Assembly (NCBI GenBank): GCA_038883775.1
Contig: JAVZLM010000002.1
Location: forward strand, 64,001 to 128,000
Reading direction: 5' to 3'
DNA: 64,000 nt
From: Candidatus Bathyarchaeia archaeon
GTDB taxonomy: Archaea; Thermoproteota; Bathyarchaeia; Bathyarchaeales; Bathycorpusculaceae
The position numbers and the translations under genes were made by a program. Of the stretch, positions 37,851-46,689 are shown in pieces; position 1 is the stretch's first letter, and each line of letters begins with the position of its first letter. Under the pieces are notes generated by a model. It made no database searches and had not been told where the DNA came from. It saw only the letters and a program-made list of their open reading frames with translations.

Positions 37851-38171
37851 TTAGCGTTGACTTTCAACGGTATTTTTCGCATCCTTAATGTATAATAAAA
37901 AGCTGTAGCCCTTCTTTTCCTCATACTTCATTCCAATTTTATCATATAAACTTTTGATTATAGCTTTCTCGATAACAGCAGCGCCTAAACCGAAAATTTT
38001 GCGTAAACCATCAGCAAACTGTTCAAGCTTAACTGAAATTTCCTCCTTTTTGACTCCATACAAATTTTGAAGGTGAAAGTATACTGCTTCTCTTCCGCTT
38101 TCTCCAAGAGTCAACAACCCCTCATCAACAGCCTCAAGCAAAAATTGTTTAAAATTTTCTTTTTTGCTCAA
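37851..38171 (-). CDS. Small helical domain of the NitrOD5/DUF3227 type (archaeal signalling output domain)
   Basis: LLEAVDEGL..LGES..AVYFHL...FADGLRKIFGLGA.VIEK.I. Confidence 0.7.
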   Translation of the reverse strand: MSKKENFKQFLLEAVDEGLLTLGESGREAVYFHLQNLYGVKKEEISVKLEQFADGLRKIFGLGAAVIEKAIIKSLYDKIGMKYEEKKGYSFLLYIKDAKNTVESQR

Positions 38172-38182
38172 GGCTTTCCACC

Positions 38183-38938
38183 CTAAAGCTCTTTTGTGTG
38201 AATGTAGAATGCTAATAGGAAGAAGATGTAACCGAAATGGTAAAAAAGTTCCAGAAAATGCCCATTATAATAGGTTTCTTGCAAGGTTGTGTAACTGAAG
38301 AGAATATCTCCACAAACATCCATAAAAATTCCCAAGTTAATGAGCAGCCAAGACTTCCCCAATTTTCCATTCATAAAAATTAATAGTCCAAGAAAAGAAA
38401 CAGAAAGCAAAGCAACATCAAGCAGAGGATAGGCAAAATCCACAGCTAAAGTCAACATATCCTCTTCTGAGCCAACAACTGGAGTAATTAACGTAAAGGA
38501 TATTGCCAAAGTCAAAACAATTGCAAGAGTCAAGGCGATGGCTAACATTTTCTTCGACAAAACTGCCCCAAAGATTTTCACATAAAAATATAGTGCAAAA
38601 AAGAATGGAATATACCCCACAATCCAAAAAGCATCAGCAATGGAAGGATATGGCACTTCCACATTCCAAATAAGCGTATAACCCATCCAAACAGATTCGC
38701 CTACAAACCAGAAGAACAATCCAGTTGTGAAGAGAAGCCATATTCTTGAAAAGCGTTCTTCAATTTTACGCCAATACTTCTGTAATGAAATTCCCGACAC
38801 TACAACGGCTGCCCCAGCAATTAAGGGTGAGAAAGCATTAGAGAAAAACACCATAAAATCTGAATAATAGCTTTGAAAAATGTAAATCAGCGCCAAGCCA
38901 ACCATCAGAGCTAAAGCAATTTTATAGACGGTTAACAT
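38183..38938 (-). CDS. Integral membrane sensor-like domain protein (7-8 TM)
   Basis: GESVW...YPSIADAFWIVGY and AYPLLDVALL motifs, like the N-terminal membrane domains of signalling proteins. Confidence 0.65.
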   Translation of the reverse strand: MLTVYKIALALMVGLALIYIFQSYYSDFMVFFSNAFSPLIAGAAVVVSGISLQKYWRKIEERFSRIWLLFTTGLFFWFVGESVWMGYTLIWNVEVPYPSIADAFWIVGYIPFFFALYFYVKIFGAVLSKKMLAIALTLAIVLTLAISFTLITPVVGSEEDMLTLAVDFAYPLLDVALLSVSFLGLLIFMNGKLGKSWLLINLGIFMDVCGDILFSYTTLQETYYNGHFLELFYHFGYIFFLLAFYIHTKEL

Positions 38939-39126
38939 TGCCGCTGCCCCTTTAATTTAAGGGAAAAAGAGCCTTTCTTTTGCAACTATTTTAAAGTTAG
39001 GAATAGAGAATACAGATTCAGCCTAAACTAAATCCAATTTTGTTAAGTTTTTCCAAAATATACCGCAACCTTTTAAAACATGAAAATTCACAGAACACCC
39101 ATTCAAGTTAAAAGGAGAAAAATAAA

Positions 39127-40509
39127 ATGTCCAAGCCAAAAAAGGAGGAAAGAAAACCAACAGTGGAAGAGTTGTTGGCAAAAGCCAAAAAACCTTCGCA
39201 GCTGGCTCCACCAATGCACAAGTTTTATGAAGGAAAAGTTCAAGTAATGCCAAAATGCGCTATAACAAGTCCAGACGATTTCGCAATATGGTATACGCCC
39301 GGCGTTGCCGCTCCATGCAAAGAGATTCAGGCAAATCCGGAAAAATCTTTTGAGCTTACAAACCGTTGGAATTATGTGGCGGTTGTTTCTGATGGAACTC
39401 GTGTTTTAGGTTTAGGCGACATAGGACCAGAAGCAGCCATGCCAGTCATGGAAGGAAAAGCCTTACTATTCAAATATTTGGGCGGAGTGGACGCTTTCCC
39501 AATATGCCTAAAAACCAAAGATCCAGAAGAAATAATCCGAGCCTGCGAACTTATCGAGCCTTCTTTCGGCGGCATAAACCTAGAAGACATTGAAAAACCA
39601 AAATGCTTCTACGTTCTAGAAAAGGCAAGGGAACGCCTACAAATTCCAGTTTGGCATGACGACCAACAAGGAACAGCCACAGTAATATTGGCTGGTTTAA
39701 TCAACGCCTTCAAAATCGTTGGCAAAGACCCTAAAAAGAGTATGATAACCCTTATTGGTGCAGGTTCAGCCAACATCCGAACAGCCTATGTTCTAATAAG
39801 ATGGGGAATTAAGCCTGGCAACATAATAATGGTGGACACTAAAGGAATAATCCATGCTGGAAGAAAGGACATAACAAAAGAGGAAGACCCATGGAAATAT
39901 GACCTAGCCCAAAAAACAAACGCTGAGGGAAGAAGAGGCGACATATCAGAAGCTTTCAAAGGCGTAGATGCTGTGGTTGCTGCATCAAAGCCTGGACCAG
40001 ACACAATAAAGAAGGATTGGATACGCACAATGGCAGACAACTCTATAGTCTTCGCCTGCGCAAACCCAATACCAGAAATTTGGCCATGGGACGCCAAAGA
40101 AGCTGGAGCCCGCATAGTGGCAACTGGAAGAAGCGACTTTCCAAACCAAGTTAACAATAGCCTAGGCTTTCCAGCCATTTTCAGAGGCGTATTAGACGTA
40201 AAGGCGAAAACGGTGACGGATGACATGTGCATAGCAGCAGCTCAAGAACTGGCAAAATTTGCAGAGGAAAGGGGAATGCATGAGAACGATATTCTTCCAA
40301 GGATGGAGGAATGGGAAGTTTATCCGCGGGAGGCTGTGGCATGTGCACTAAAATCCATAGAGCAGGGCGTGGCGAGAGTTAAGCCAAGCAGAAAAGAGCT
40401 TTATGAAAGGGCTGTGGCAATAATTCAAAATGCAAGAAAATCTGCCGAAGAGTTAATGAAAAAAGGCTTGATAAAGCCGCCGCCACCAGAAAAGGAACTT
40501 CTGAAATAG
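39127..40509 (+). CDS. NAD(P)-dependent malic enzyme
   Basis: YTPGVA, VSDGTRVLGLGDIG, MEGKALLFK, NLEDI, HDDQQGTA, ATGRSDFPNQVNN. Confidence 0.95.
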   Translation: MSKPKKEERKPTVEELLAKAKKPSQLAPPMHKFYEGKVQVMPKCAITSPDDFAIWYTPGVAAPCKEIQANPEKSFELTNRWNYVAVVSDGTRVLGLGDIGPEAAMPVMEGKALLFKYLGGVDAFPICLKTKDPEEIIRACELIEPSFGGINLEDIEKPKCFYVLEKARERLQIPVWHDDQQGTATVILAGLINAFKIVGKDPKKSMITLIGAGSANIRTAYVLIRWGIKPGNIIMVDTKGIIHAGRKDITKEEDPWKYDLAQKTNAEGRRGDISEAFKGVDAVVAASKPGPDTIKKDWIRTMADNSIVFACANPIPEIWPWDAKEAGARIVATGRSDFPNQVNNSLGFPAIFRGVLDVKAKTVTDDMCIAAAQELAKFAEERGMHENDILPRMEEWEVYPREAVACALKSIEQGVARVKPSRKELYERAVAIIQNARKSAEELMKKGLIKPPPPEKELLK

Positions 40510-40590
40510 AAAAAGGTCTGTAATAACACCAAATTTCAATTTTTATTTGGAATTTGTCGAAAATTATTTAAACTCTTCCATAGAACATAC

Positions 40591-41070
40591 ATGGTTAGGA
40601 GAGAGAAAATCCATATGCGTTCAGATTATGCCCTATACACAGTAGCGATAATCTTTTTCATAATAACAGGCATAGTGCTCGTCTACCAAGTGGAGTTTAA
40701 AGAACTATGGGTTGTCACAACAGCAGTCTTAGGGCTTCTCTTTATAGGGCTAGGCTATTCCCAAAGAGCCAAACCACAAGTTAAAGCAGCAGAACCCACA
40801 CTAACGCCCGCACCCCAGCCAACAGTCACAGAAGTTAGGGTCGAAGAAAAACCTGTAACCACCGTGGAAGTTGCGCCTCCAACCTTAGAGCTTACTCAAG
40901 TGAAGGGGATTAAGGAGAAGCGGGCTGGACAGTTGAAGGCTTTGGGCATAAACAGCGTTGAAGATTTGGCAAAGGCTTCTTCTGAAGATTTGGCTGCAAA
41001 ACTTAAGATTTCGCCGAAGATTGTTGAAAGATGGATTGAAGACGCCCAAAAACTCCTTAAAAAATCCTGA
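40591..41070 (+). CDS. Membrane-anchored protein with Pro/Thr linker and C-terminal helix-hairpin-helix (DUF4332-like) domain
   Basis: Two N-terminal TMs; LTQVKGIKEKRAGQLKALGINSVEDLA. Confidence 0.75.
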   Translation: MVRREKIHMRSDYALYTVAIIFFIITGIVLVYQVEFKELWVVTTAVLGLLFIGLGYSQRAKPQVKAAEPTLTPAPQPTVTEVRVEEKPVTTVEVAPPTLELTQVKGIKEKRAGQLKALGINSVEDLAKASSEDLAAKLKISPKIVERWIEDAQKLLKKS

Positions 41071-41092
41071 AAAAGGGGCTAAAAAGGGAAAT

Positions 41093-41362
41093 CTAACCTA
41101 CAATGGTTAAGATTCTTATTATATTCCTTCTTTCAAGCCTTCTTAAAGCATCCAAAAACTCATTCTTCTTTTTCCCAGTTAAATTGAAGCTTTTAATCAT
41201 ATCCTTTATTGGCATTTCCGGCTTACCAAAACTCAAATTCCTCTTATAAAGATGTTTCACTATTGAGCGTTCCAGTTTTCCGCAACGCCATGTAGTATTC
41301 CGAATAAGAACGGCTATAGCCCTCGCCAACTTCCTCGTTTCGCTTCTCTTTTTTCGAGCCAA
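41093..41362 (-). CDS. Basic hypothetical protein, possible winged helix
   Basis: TTG start after AAGGAG; EFLDALRRLERRNIIRI. Confidence 0.6.
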   Translation of the reverse strand: MARKKRSETRKLARAIAVLIRNTTWRCGKLERSIVKHLYKRNLSFGKPEMPIKDMIKSFNLTGKKKNEFLDALRRLERRNIIRILTIVG

Positions 41363-41437
41363 CTCCTTTCACAATAAATATATTTAGCTTAAACATTTTT
41401 AGAGTTTGCGTTTCAAACAAGAAATTGAGGGGAAAGC

Positions 41438-41863
41438 ATGCAAAAGGGAAAGACTGGAAGGGTATTCTTTTCACGCCTATTTGAGGGTGAAGACTTGGCT
41501 GAAGCCATTAAAAAGCGAGTAGTGGAAAGCGGAATAAAAGCTGGATTCTTCCTCTTAATTGGAACCTTAAAAGATGCAGTTTTGGGCTATTACAAAAGCG
41601 GGCAGTATAAGGAGATTCGCCTAGAAGGTCCATTGGAAATAGCCTCATGCATGGGGAACATCGCCGTTGATGAAAATGGAGAGTTGATAATTCATGCGCA
41701 TGTTGTTGTTTCAGACGAGAAAGGAGAAGCCTTCGGCGGACACTTAATGAGGGATTCTTATGTTGGCGTCACGGCGGAACTAGTGATAGTCGAAGCTGAA
41801 GGTGTGAATTTGCAGAGAGCCTTCGACGAGAAAACTGGGCTGAAGCTTTTGAAGTTAGGATAA
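41438..41863 (+). CDS. PPC/DUF296 domain protein
   Basis: RLFEGEDL, IGTL, EIASCMGNI, HAH, GGHL, TAE. Confidence 0.9.
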   Translation: MQKGKTGRVFFSRLFEGEDLAEAIKKRVVESGIKAGFFLLIGTLKDAVLGYYKSGQYKEIRLEGPLEIASCMGNIAVDENGELIIHAHVVVSDEKGEAFGGHLMRDSYVGVTAELVIVEAEGVNLQRAFDEKTGLKLLKLG

Positions 41864-42307
41864 ATCTTTTCTTAAATATATTCCATGAGCGTCCCCATAA
41901 TAATATTCAAGCTTCGCCACTTGCCTATATCCAAGCTTTTGGTAAAGCCTCAAGGCTGCCATGTTGTCTTCGCGCGCTTCTAGGCAACAGGATTTAACGC
42001 TTTTTTCCTTAAAAATTTCCTCAATTTTTTGCAAGAGCCTTTGGGCTATTCCCCTTCTGCGATAGGCTGGCGAAACATCTATGGTGAGAATATGACCAGT
42101 CAAGACATTTCTTTCTGCATGTATCATGCCTATGATAAAGCCCACAATTTTGTCATTTATTTTAGCCACTAAACTTATGCAGTTGTAGTCTGTTAGCAGA
42201 TTGGCAATGTGTTGTTTGCTGAACGCCTCCCTGTTGAAGCATTCAGTTTCAATTTTATATAACTCGTCCAACTGTTTTATGGAGCCGTCTTCTATGGTTA
42301 TTGACAT
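41855..42307 (-). CDS. rimI: GNAT N-acetyltransferase (RimI/Ard1-like)
   Basis: GHILTIDV.PAYRRRGIA, N.AALRLYQKLGY, YYGDA. Confidence 0.8.
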   Translation of the reverse strand: MSITIEDGSIKQLDELYKIETECFNREAFSKQHIANLLTDYNCISLVAKINDKIVGFIIGMIHAERNVLTGHILTIDVSPAYRRRGIAQRLLQKIEEIFKEKSVKSCCLEAREDNMAALRLYQKLGYRQVAKLEYYYGDAHGIYLRKDLS

Positions 42308-43392
42308 TAAGATATCCTTTCAAAAAGGGTTTTATCTGCTTTATTGTTTACCGTTATTGCCTTAATCTCTAGGGCTTGCTGAACTCCAAATCCGATGAAG
42401 AATTTTAGCCAAACAGTTAAAATTCTTGTGAGGATTGTTGCTGTGGCGCTTATATCAAATGGTATGCCCGTTAAAACATAAATGGTTGTCATGGTTATTT
42501 CTGGAAGCCCAGCCTCAAAAGGTATTCCCAATGGGATGCCGTGGATGGCTGAAATTATTGAATGTGTCAATATTATTACGCTCCACTGAACTGGAAAATT
42601 CATTGAAAAGAAGACGAGATAGGCTATTCCTATACTTAGAAACCATGAAATAATGCCAAATGAAACCGATGCAAAGAGCGTTTTTGGGGCGTGCCCAAAC
42701 TCTTTTATTGAGTTATGGAATATTTTTGCTGCTTTGACAACTTCCTCTTTAACTTTTGTCAGTTTCCAGCGTCCCCTACTCACATAATTTAAAAACCTTA
42801 TTATTACATCGATAATTTTTAATGTCCATCTTTCCCTGAAGCATAAGAAAATTAGCAATATTAAAAAGATTGTTGAAATTCCAGCCAAAAACAATGATAG
42901 GTTTAGGACAAGGCCGCTGACTGGGCGTTCCATTAGTAAGAGGCTTATGCCAAGCAATAGGCTTACAATGTTTATGCCCATTCCCATAAGCCTTTGAATC
43001 ACAAGCGAAGCCACAACCTTTCCGCTTGTTCCGTTATGTTCTCTTGTAACCAAGTAAACCTTTGTTACGTCTGCGCTTATGGATTCTGCTGGTATTGCTA
43101 TGTCCACGAAGGTTCCATACCAAACATAAAGGAAGCATTTTGCTAGTGAAAGTTTTACGGAGAGAAAGTTAAGCAGAAGATACCATGAAAGCGAGTAGAA
43201 AAACGTGTCAAAAATGAGGAAGAGGATGGCGATAGAATAAATTGATAAGTCAACACGTTGGGCTGTAACAATTATCGTTGGAATATCCACGTTAAAAAGG
43301 TAAAGGTAGATAAAGAAGGCGGCCAAACCCAGCACTAAGAGAAGGCATGTTTGCCACGATGCTTTAAACTTCATTGAAGCCATGAGGGGCAC
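42307..43392 (-). CDS. UPF0104 / flippase-like (lysylphosphatidylglycerol synthase TM) membrane protein
   Basis: Multi-TM; AIPAESISAD, IPLGIPFEAGLPE, TRILTVW. Confidence 0.8.
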   Translation of the reverse strand: MPLMASMKFKASWQTCLLLVLGLAAFFIYLYLFNVDIPTIIVTAQRVDLSIYSIAILFLIFDTFFYSLSWYLLLNFLSVKLSLAKCFLYVWYGTFVDIAIPAESISADVTKVYLVTREHNGTSGKVVASLVIQRLMGMGINIVSLLLGISLLLMERPVSGLVLNLSLFLAGISTIFLILLIFLCFRERWTLKIIDVIIRFLNYVSRGRWKLTKVKEEVVKAAKIFHNSIKEFGHAPKTLFASVSFGIISWFLSIGIAYLVFFSMNFPVQWSVIILTHSIISAIHGIPLGIPFEAGLPEITMTTIYVLTGIPFDISATATILTRILTVWLKFFIGFGVQQALEIKAITVNNKADKTLFERIS

Positions 43393-43765
43393 TCAACTTT
43401 GACAGCAAAAGATTTAGAACATTATATTATACTTTATCCATTTCCGCTTAAATATTCGTTTGTAGTGAATGATTAACTATTTTAGAACATTTACTTCTTC
43501 AACGCATCTGCATCACGCAATAAACATTAATCGAAAATGTTAATTGCCGTCCGAGTAACTCTGAGATTTCATCCATACGTCAAGCTAATGCCTTCTCATC
43601 ATCCGGCAAAAAATAAGTGGGAAACCAAAAATAAAAACATTCTTTCACTTAAACCAAAAGGGAAAGAACACTTGTGGAAATGTGGATTTGAAATTCATAT
43701 TTTCTATTCATAAGCTAGTTAAATAATAGGCGACTATTCTTTTGCATTGACATGGAGGAAAATCC

Positions 43766-43948
43766 TTGACACAAAATTTAACATTAAAACAGAGAAGAGA
43801 GTTGGAAGTTAAAATGTCTAGAGTTCTCAAGGAAAACATTAAGGGGCTTTCGGCAGAATTGCAAAAAATATTGCTAGACGACATGGTCACAGCCTTCCAA
43901 AATAGAATAAACGTGTTAATAAGAGCACAGAGGAAAAGGAGCTACTAA
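43766..43948 (+). CDS. Small helical hypothetical protein (60 aa)
   Basis: TTG start after GGAGG; LSAELQKILLDDMVTAFQNR. Confidence 0.65.
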   Translation: MTQNLTLKQRRELEVKMSRVLKENIKGLSAELQKILLDDMVTAFQNRINVLIRAQRKRSY

Positions 43949-44031
43949 CGCAGAGTAAATAGGAAAAAGACATAGTTTGAATCCATAAAAGCTTTATATA
44001 AAGAGGTTGAAAATATCGCCAAGAGGTTTGG

Positions 44032-44328
44032 ATGATGAGACGTTCCAAACTTGAAATGTATATAGACATTCTTAAAGTGTTAGCCCACCGTGGTCCATTG
44101 AAGCTGACGCACATAATGTATAAGGCTAATGTTAACTGCAGCGTTTTAAAGGAATATTTAGATTTTCTGATAAAACAGAATTTGGTGGAAGAAAGAACAA
44201 TTGGAAAGCGGAGAGTCGTTTACGCCATAACCCAGAGGGGCATAACTGTACTCAAATACTTTAGAGAGCTCAAACAGGTTCTGCCAATAGTGGAAGAAGC
44301 CAGAAACAGAATGCCAGTACCATACTAA
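44032..44328 (+). CDS. Winged-helix transcription regulator (HTH_45/ArnR1-like)
   Basis: RRSKLEMYIDIL...THIMYKANVN...YLDFL...YAITQRG. Confidence 0.88.
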   Translation: MMRRSKLEMYIDILKVLAHRGPLKLTHIMYKANVNCSVLKEYLDFLIKQNLVEERTIGKRRVVYAITQRGITVLKYFRELKQVLPIVEEARNRMPVPY

Positions 44329-44385
44329 TAACCCTTTAACTTTTTAAGAATTAGCCTTTCCTACTCTGTAATATTTTTCAAAACG

Positions 44386-44637
44386 AAACACAATTTTTTA
44401 TTCTATAACCTCATCCAAGTTTAACGATCAAAATGTTTGAGCAAATGGCTGTATTTGCTACGGATATGCTGCTGCATTGTTCGTCTTTATGTTATTGTTT
44501 ATCGTGTTTTCTGGTGTTTTTGGTTAAGAACGGTGTTTATCGTAAGTAGTTTGTGTTTGTTTTGTGAATCATTATAAGTGTTTCGTAAGACTTAATAAAC
44601 GCTTTCTTCTTACAACTATTGTACACAAGTAAAACAC
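44386..44637. repeat. Cluster of GTGTTT/AAACAC short repeats upstream of the HTH-MinD operon
   Basis: GTGTTT at 44504, 44514, 44533, 44553, 44578; AAACAC at 44386 and 44632; TGTTTATCGT twice. Confidence 0.45.
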
Positions 44638-44649
44638 TAAAAGGGAGCA

Positions 44650-45027
44650 TTGTTGGCTAAACAAGAAGTTTTGGGGAAAAAACCCCTTCAAATATTAGAG
44701 AAAATTAGAGAAAACCTTGAAAGACTAAACGAGAAAATGGAGGTTATGATTGAACTTCAGAAGCATAGCAAAAAAGACACGCAAATAATGTCAGAAGCAC
44801 CATTAGACGTCATGACATTACTTTCTATGCCAGATCACCTCAGAAAAACAGCCATGACAGTTTGTAGGCTTGGAAGGGCTACGGCAGAAGAAATCGCCCA
44901 ACAGACACATAGGGCTAGGGCTGTGGAGAGCGCCTACCTAAACCAGCTTGTTATTATGGGGTATTTGAAGAAGGAGAGGAAGGGAAGGAAAGCCTATTTC
45001 TTTGTGGATAGGGAAGGTCAAGGGTGA
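44650..45027 (+). CDS. Coiled-coil + winged-helix DNA-binding protein
   Basis: N-terminal heptads; ATAEEIAQQTHRARAVESAYLNQLVIMGYLKKERKGRKAYF. Confidence 0.85.
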   Translation: MLAKQEVLGKKPLQILEKIRENLERLNEKMEVMIELQKHSKKDTQIMSEAPLDVMTLLSMPDHLRKTAMTVCRLGRATAEEIAQQTHRARAVESAYLNQLVIMGYLKKERKGRKAYFFVDREGQG

Positions 45028-45809
45028 TGGCTTTGGGCAAAATAATAGCAGTTCATTCCTACAAAGGTGGGACAGGCAAAACCCTTCTTTCCCTGAATTT
45101 GGCTGCAACCTTTATCAAGCGTGGCAAAAAAGTATGCTTATTAGATCTTGATTTTAGGGCTCCGAGCCTTTCCACAATTCTCAAAATTGAGAAGGCGGAG
45201 GGCTGGCTTAACGATTATTTGAATGGAACTTGTGGAATAGAGAAGGTTTTGATAAATTTAAGTGACAGATTTCAGAATAAAGGAGAATTTTTTGTTGGTT
45301 TAGCCAATCCGGCAACCGAAGCCATAAGGGAGATTTCTGCTAAGGATAGAAAATGGGAGATGCGCGCGTTGGGAAGGCTTTTGGCTCTTAGAAATTCCCT
45401 CTTAAACGATAAGGGTTTTGACTACTTAATATTTGACACGAGTCCTGGACTGCAATATTCATCTATAAACGCCATTGTTGGTGCTGATTTGGTTATTGTG
45501 GCAACAACTTTGGATAGGTCGGATGTTGATGGAACAAGGCGTATGCTTGGAGAACTTTACGACTTGTTTGAGAAGAAAACTGAGATAGTTCTTAACAAAG
45601 CCATGTTGGATCTTTCTTCGAAGGCGAAAAGAGAGGAAGTGCAAACCAAAATTCAGGAAATGTATAAAGCTCCATTGTTAGGCGTGATACCATGTTTCTG
45701 TGACGTTTTAAGGGCTGAGGGAAACATTGTTTTTGTTCACGAAAAACCCGAGCATCCCCTCGCAAAGATTTTGGACGAGATAGCGAATAAAATAGAAAAC
45801 ATGGCGTAA
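45024..45809 (+). CDS. MinD/ParA family ATPase
   Basis: Deviant Walker A KGGTGKT, LDLDFRAP, FDTSPG, IVLNK; overlaps the upstream gene (GTGA). Confidence 0.9.
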   Translation: MMALGKIIAVHSYKGGTGKTLLSLNLAATFIKRGKKVCLLDLDFRAPSLSTILKIEKAEGWLNDYLNGTCGIEKVLINLSDRFQNKGEFFVGLANPATEAIREISAKDRKWEMRALGRLLALRNSLLNDKGFDYLIFDTSPGLQYSSINAIVGADLVIVATTLDRSDVDGTRRMLGELYDLFEKKTEIVLNKAMLDLSSKAKREEVQTKIQEMYKAPLLGVIPCFCDVLRAEGNIVFVHEKPEHPLAKILDEIANKIENMA

Positions 45810-45811
45810 TT

Positions 45812-45931
45812 TTACTGTGTGGCTATTTTGTTTACCAACTGATAGACTTTGCAGTTTTTGCATTTTTCATAGTCTTTCTCGTCGCATTGCTTGCATATTA
45901 TGCGGTTTAATTCTTTAAGCTCTGAATTCAT
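45812..45931 (-). CDS. 39-aa CxxC-x7-CxxC zinc-finger microprotein (absent from the ORF track)
   Basis: MNSELKELNRIICKQCDEKDYEKCKNCKVYQLVNKIATQ*; alternative ATG at 45943. Confidence 0.6.
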   Translation of the reverse strand: MNSELKELNRIICKQCDEKDYEKCKNCKVYQLVNKIATQ

Positions 45932-46068
45932 GGCTAAACGCATCCTTATGTAAGAATTTCGGGCGAATGAAAGTAATATATTGTATTTCTTTTTCGTAAT
46001 ATTTCATACATAAGACTTATAGAATAGAGCATATTCCCAATAAGAGTAAAAACTGGAGACCGTTATTA

Positions 46069-46689
46069 TTGGAAAACTCAGCCATAATTCTTGCAGGCGG
46101 ATTTTCCAGAAGGCTTGGACAAGACAAAGGATTAATGCTTTTGGCAAACAAACCCTTAATAAAACATGTTTTAGACGCAATTGACAAAGTTGTAAATGAA
46201 AAAATAGTTGTTGTCAGCTCCAAAACCCAAGCCGAAAGCTACATAAGAGCATTAGGTTCTAAGGTTAAGGTTTTCGTTGATGAAGGTAATGTGCAAAGTC
46301 CACTGGTTGGCGCCTTAAAAGGCTTCCAAGAGGCGAAGAGTGAATATGCACTTCTGCTTCCATGCGACACACCCCTACTTTCTAAGGAGATTCTTTCGCT
46401 TCTGTTTGATTTATGTCCGAACAGAAATGCTGTTATCCCAAGATGGCCAAACGGCTACATAGAACCATTACAAGCGGTTTACCGTACAAAACCAGCTTTG
46501 GAGGCTGCTGAAAAAGCTTTGAACGAGGGAAATTTGAATATGCAAGCTATGGTGGATAAACTCTGCGGCATTCGCTACGTTTCCACCCTTGTTTTGAGGC
46601 AATTAGATCCACAGCTTAATAGTTTTTTCAATGTGAACACGCCCATGGATTTGAAAAGGGCTGAAAAAATGCTTAAAGAGAAGAGTTAA
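46069..46689 (+). CDS. mobA: Molybdenum cofactor guanylyltransferase
   Basis: ILAGGFSRRLGQDKG, LPCDTP, EPLQAVY, FFNVNTPMD. Confidence 0.9.
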   Translation: MENSAIILAGGFSRRLGQDKGLMLLANKPLIKHVLDAIDKVVNEKIVVVSSKTQAESYIRALGSKVKVFVDEGNVQSPLVGALKGFQEAKSEYALLLPCDTPLLSKEILSLLFDLCPNRNAVIPRWPNGYIEPLQAVYRTKPALEAAEKALNEGNLNMQAMVDKLCGIRYVSTLVLRQLDPQLNSFFNVNTPMDLKRAEKMLKEKS

